The notes under the pieces are model-generated. The model had not been told where the DNA came from. It made no database searches and saw only the letters and a program-made list of their open reading frames with translations. From Deltaproteobacteria bacterium (GTDB lineage Bacteria > Desulfobacterota_D > UBA1144 > Nemesobacterales > CSP1-2): a DNA stretch of 63,038 nt. The stretch covers positions 1 to 63,038 of the forward strand of contig JACPIY010000107.1 of assembly GCA_016187835.1 (NCBI GenBank), in the 5' to 3' direction. Shown piece by piece: positions 59,089 through 63,038 of the stretch. Positions within the stretch are counted from its first letter, which is position 1, and every line of letters starts with the position of its first letter. The position numbers were made by a program, and so were the translations under genes.

Positions 59089-60921
59089 CTATTCGTCAAC
59101 TTCCTCCGCACTCTTGGCTCTTTGTTGAGAATAAATAAACTCAGCAAACCTATAAGAGGCTTCCTTAAGCTCGTTGAATGCCTCTTTGGTCTCAATATAA
59201 CTCTCTCCAGCAAGAGCTTGTTTCATTCTCTCCATCCCCTTTTCGATTAGTTTTCTTAATCCTGGTTCCGCCTTATCGCCATAGGCATCAAGAGTTTTAA
59301 TAACCGAATAAAGAAGCCCATCCGACTCGTTCTTTAAAAGAGCGAGTTCCTTTCGTCTTCGGTCTTCTTCGATACTATTTAGGCCAGTTTCTATTATTTT
59401 CTGAATATCTTCTTCGCTGAGTCCACCTGAAGGAAAAACCTGAATCGCCTGTTTTTTCCCGGTACCCAAATCCCTGGCAAACACATGAAGAATACCATCG
59501 GCATCTACTTCAAAGGATACTTCAACCTGCGGCATTCCCCGCGGGGCAGGAGGGATTCCTACAAGGTTAAATCTCGCTAGAGAAATATTATCACCTGACA
59601 TCTCTCGTTCACCCTGAAGAACGTGTACGCTCACAAAATCTTGATTATCAATAGCTGTTGTAAAAATTCTGCTTCTTCTTGTAGGAATCGTAGTGTTTCT
59701 TTCTATAATTTTAGTAAACAATCCCCCTTTAGTCTCTACGCCAAGAGAAAGGGGAACTACATCTAAGAGAAGAACCTCTTCAACTTTTCCCTCTAGAACC
59801 CCGCCCTGGATTCCCGCACCGATTGCAACGACTTCGTCAGGATTGATTCTCTTTTGAGGCTCCTTTCCAAATATGCTTCTAACTTTATCCTGAACCTTAG
59901 GCATTCTGGTCATACCGCCGACAAGAACGACCTCATCTATTTCCTGCGGTCTCAATTTAGCATCTTCAAAAGCTTGGAGACAGGGCACCTCTAGTCTTTC
60001 AATCAAATCAGCAACTAACTCCTCAAGCTGCGGTCTTGTAATCTTGACATTCAAGTGTTTTGGTCCGCTTGAATCTACAGCAATAAAAGGGAGATTTATA
60101 TTGGTCTCAAAAAGCGAAGAAAGCTCGTGTTTGGCCTTCTCACAAGCTTCTCGAATCCTTTGTAGTGCCATTTTATCAACCCGTAAATCGATTCCGTGTT
60201 TTTTGATAAAGTCTTCTATGACAAACTCAACCAATTTCTGGTCAAAGTCATCCCCACCTAAGAAGGTGTCACCACTCGTGGATTTAACTTCAAACACACC
60301 GTTTGCTATTTCTAGTATTGTTATATCAAATGTTCCACCACCCAAGTCGAAAACCGCTACTTTCTGATTTGTTTTCTTATCCAGACCATAAGCAAGTGCG
60401 GCTGCGGTAGGCTCATTGATTATACGTCTTACGTTAAATCCAGCAATTCTGCCTGCATCCTTTGTGGCTTGACGCTGGCGATCATTAAAATGCGCAGGAA
60501 CCGTTATAACAGCTTCATCTATCTCATGACCAAGATACTCCTCAGCAATCTGCTTCATTTTTGTGAGTATTATTGCCGAAATCTCTTGTGGACTATACCC
60601 CTTCCCGTCTACTTCAACCCATGCATCCTCTGAAGCACTGGCAATAATATTATATGGAGCATACTGCCTTGCTTTCATCACTTCAGGGGCATCGTAACGC
60701 CTACCTACTAGCCTTTTTACACCAAAAATCGTGTTGAAGGGATTTACCACCGCCTGCCTCTTTGCTACGGCACCAGAAAACCGGCTTCCATCTTCAGTAA
60801 AAGCAACGACTGAAGGGGTAGTCCTACTTCCCTCCTCATTCGGAATTACTACAGGACTTCCTCCTTCAATCACAGCTACACATGAGTTGGTTGTTCCAAG
60901 ATCGATACCGACTATCGGCAT
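59089..60921 (-). CDS. dnaK: Chaperone DnaK
   Basis: [45 protein letters not shown]. Confidence 0.97.
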   Translation of the reverse strand: MPIVGIDLGTTNSCVAVIEGGSPVVIPNEEGSRTTPSVVAFTEDGSRFSGAVAKRQAVVNPFNTIFGVKRLVGRRYDAPEVMKARQYAPYNIIASASEDAWVEVDGKGYSPQEISAIILTKMKQIAEEYLGHEIDEAVITVPAHFNDRQRQATKDAGRIAGFNVRRIINEPTAAALAYGLDKKTNQKVAVFDLGGGTFDITILEIANGVFEVKSTSGDTFLGGDDFDQKLVEFVIEDFIKKHGIDLRVDKMALQRIREACEKAKHELSSLFETNINLPFIAVDSSGPKHLNVKITRPQLEELVADLIERLEVPCLQAFEDAKLRPQEIDEVVLVGGMTRMPKVQDKVRSIFGKEPQKRINPDEVVAIGAGIQGGVLEGKVEEVLLLDVVPLSLGVETKGGLFTKIIERNTTIPTRRSRIFTTAIDNQDFVSVHVLQGEREMSGDNISLARFNLVGIPPAPRGMPQVEVSFEVDADGILHVFARDLGTGKKQAIQVFPSGGLSEEDIQKIIETGLNSIEEDRRRKELALLKNESDGLLYSVIKTLDAYGDKAEPGLRKLIEKGMERMKQALAGESYIETKEAFNELKEASYRFAEFIYSQQRAKSAEEVDE

Positions 60922-60937
60922 TATGACTCCACCCTAT

Positions 60938-61603
60938 CTAGTTATTTTCAATGTCTTCATCTAATAAATTCGAGGTTTCTTCTGAATTGCCTTCAATCTT
61001 ATTTCCTTCGGAAGCGCTTTTTTGTTCTTTAGATACAACTACAAGCGCAGGTCTCAGCAGCCTATCTTTCAGAGTATACCCCTTTAACACCTCGGAAAGA
61101 ATTATTCCGGGTGTTATGTCACTAGACTCTACACGTTCTATAGCCTGGTGATATCTGGGATCAAATTCTTGGCCTTTGCTAGCGTCTACTGGTTGGACTC
61201 CAAACTTCTCAAGGCAACTCAGAAAGTGTTTATAGACCAGCTTTACACCCTCAACAATTGGTTTAGCATCCTCGTTAGATTCCGAATGTTCAAGCGCACG
61301 CTCTAAGTTATCAAGCACGTTAAGAAGCGCTTTTATAAGTTCCTCATTTGCATAAGCTATGGTATCAGCTTTTTCTTTTGATACCCTCTTTCTATAGTTA
61401 TCAAAATCAGCAGCTACCCTTAAGTATCTTTCGTGTAGTTCATTATACTCTTTTTTTCTTTCTTCAATCTCCTGCTCAAGGGATTTTATAGTTGTATATA
61501 GATTTTCCTCCGGTAAATTTGCATCTTCTCTATCCTCTAGGCTTTCGGCATTATTTTTAAGGTCGCCACTTTCTTTCTCTTCTTCTCTATCGTTATCACT
61601 CAT
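60938..61603 (-). CDS. grpE: Nucleotide exchange factor GrpE
   Basis: ADFDNYRKR, DNLERAL, FDPRYHQA, GYTLKDRLLRPALV; likely start ATG 61603. Confidence 0.95.
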   Translation of the reverse strand: MSDNDREEEKESGDLKNNAESLEDREDANLPEENLYTTIKSLEQEIEERKKEYNELHERYLRVAADFDNYRKRVSKEKADTIAYANEELIKALLNVLDNLERALEHSESNEDAKPIVEGVKLVYKHFLSCLEKFGVQPVDASKGQEFDPRYHQAIERVESSDITPGIILSEVLKGYTLKDRLLRPALVVVSKEQKSASEGNKIEGNSEETSNLLDEDIENN

Positions 61604-61604
61604 T

Positions 61605-62636
61605 TCATTCCCCCTCACTGACAATTTTAGTCACAATCCTGGCAGTATAATTAACTAGCGGAATTATCTGAGAGTAATCCATACGCATCGGTCCTAATAC
61701 ACCAAGGGTTCCAAGTCTCTTATCTCTACCATAAGGGGCAGCAACTAGGCTATACCCCTCCATTACACCATTTTGAGAACCTACAAACACCTTAGTACCA
61801 TCTCCTTTCATTACCTTATCCAAAATATCCACTAGGTATTTTTTTTCATCGAAAGCTCTAAAAAGCTCTTTAAGCCCCTTAAGATTATTAAAATGAGGAT
61901 TATCAAAAAAAGAGGTCTGTCCCTTTATGTAAACATCAGACTTGGGTTTCCGCTCAAATACTTTGGTACTAAATCTGATAACACTTTCAATAAACTCTCG
62001 ATAGACTCGGTCTTGATCCCTGACCTTATCAAGCAATAAAGACTTTACCTCATCTAATGTAAGTCCAACTGCAAGTTTATTCAAATAATCACGCATTCGA
62101 TAAAATACTTCCTTGGGAATTCGCATATTAAGTCTTACGAGTGTTTTCTCAGTCATTCCTCCTTCAAATACAATAATAACGAGAACTTTTTTATCCCCTA
62201 GTTTTACTAATTTAGCCGACCTAATTTTCATAAACCTTGTGCTCGGGATAGTAGCTAAGCCTGCACAATGGGATATGTCCGATAGCATTCTGCTGGTTTC
62301 ATACATAACTTCATCTATAGTTCCGTCAAGTTTTTTATATCGTCTTCTTATAAACCCTCTTTTTACCTCAGAAAGCTCATTAGGATAAAGCAATGAATCA
62401 ACGTAAAACTTTACCCCTTTCTCAGCCGGTATTCTCCCGGCAGACACATGAGGCTGGATAAGGCAACCATTATCCATAAGCTCGGCCATTGCGCTTCTCA
62501 CGGTAGCAGAACTCCAAGGCAGTCCATAGTTTTCAACGAGTGCAGACGATCCTATGGGCTCTCCTGTTTTTATATAATAATCAATAACCAAATGAAGTAG
62601 CTGCTTTCCTCTTTCCGATAGCTTTATTTCGCTCAT
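61605..62636 (-). CDS. hrcA: Heat-inducible transcription repressor HrcA
   Basis: YIKTGEPIGS, SSATVR, QPHVSAGRIP, GVLGPMRMDY. Confidence 0.95.
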   Translation of the reverse strand: MSEIKLSERGKQLLHLVIDYYIKTGEPIGSSALVENYGLPWSSATVRSAMAELMDNGCLIQPHVSAGRIPAEKGVKFYVDSLLYPNELSEVKRGFIRRRYKKLDGTIDEVMYETSRMLSDISHCAGLATIPSTRFMKIRSAKLVKLGDKKVLVIIVFEGGMTEKTLVRLNMRIPKEVFYRMRDYLNKLAVGLTLDEVKSLLLDKVRDQDRVYREFIESVIRFSTKVFERKPKSDVYIKGQTSFFDNPHFNNLKGLKELFRAFDEKKYLVDILDKVMKGDGTKVFVGSQNGVMEGYSLVAAPYGRDKRLGTLGVLGPMRMDYSQIIPLVNYTARIVTKIVSEGE

Positions 62637-62654
62637 GACCGTTTATCCTTGAAA

Positions 62655-62683
62655 AATATAATAATTACACGACACATTGTCAA
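62655..62683 (-). promoter_or_regulatory. Putative sigma70 promoter of hrcA-grpE-dnaK-dnaJ
   Basis: Minus strand TTGACA-17 bp-TATATT, 18 bp upstream of the hrcA ATG. Confidence 0.6.
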
Positions 62684-62754
62684 CGCAAGGATTTGAATTC
62701 ATAGACGATTTAATCTAATAAAACAAAATTATTAGGAGACAAAGTGAAGCCACT

Positions 62755-62774
62755 CTTCGGCCTAAAGGCCGAAG
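62755..62774. repeat. IS200-type terminal hairpin
   Basis: CTTCGGCCT-AA-AGGCCGAAG directly after the tnpA stop. Confidence 0.7.
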
Positions 62775-62776
62775 CT

Positions 62777-63038
62777 TCAGCTCTGTGGCATGCTGGAGGT
62801 TTGCTCCCTTATATACCGCTTAATCATCTCTTCTTGAGCAACTCCAACTGTCTCGGCAAAATATCCATCTGCCCAGAAACTATCTCCCCAGAGAAATTCT
62901 TCAAGCTCCGGAAACTCCTTTCGAATTACCCTCGATGATCCTCCCTTAAAATATTGTACTATCTTTGCAACTGATATATCCGGTGTAACTTGCACCAACA
63001 TGTGAATATGATCCAATCTCACACTTAGCTCCTCTATA
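62777..63038 (-). mobile_element. tnpA: IS200/IS605-family transposase TnpA, 5' part outside the window
   Basis: DHIHM (HUH), FKGGSS, FWADGYF, IKRYI motifs. Confidence 0.92.

Overview
AT-rich bacterial chromosomal window. Gene content and order look deltaproteobacteria-like (Desulfobacterota / Ca. Dadabacteria is my inference). Most of it is housekeeping: partial PBP1A, cysK, ftsH-folP-cdaA-cdaR-glmM-pdxJ-acpS, fur, folC, rsmB-rpe with a DnaD-like/DnaC-like pair, metK-ahcY, xerD-scpAB, der, ilvE, pepA-sppA, pyc, hemB, metH, thrC-moaD, pal and hrcA-grpE-dnaK-dnaJ, with a partial IS200 tnpA at the right edge. Two accessory pockets stand out. (1) At about 46-49 kb, two extra diverged copies of the last ~45 codons of metH lie downstream of metH. 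They share an invariant 26-bp core and an almost identical upstream breakpoint, and they partition ~1-kb convergent HEPN/PIN toxin-antitoxin cargo units; no dedicated integrase is present. (2) At about 35-39 kb, a type III PKS/methyltransferase pair has a duplicated 3' end. It is followed by a relic integron (decayed intI 5' end, attI-like site, one complete cassette with attC) and a REP-associated tyrosine transposase carrying its own REP palindrome in frame. Intergenic regions hold several REP-like families, a ~25-bp mini-element nested inside other hairpins, and empty 7-/9-mer periodic inverted repeats. No rRNA, tRNA or CRISPR array was recognised. Protein calls come from motif recognition; no database searches were run.
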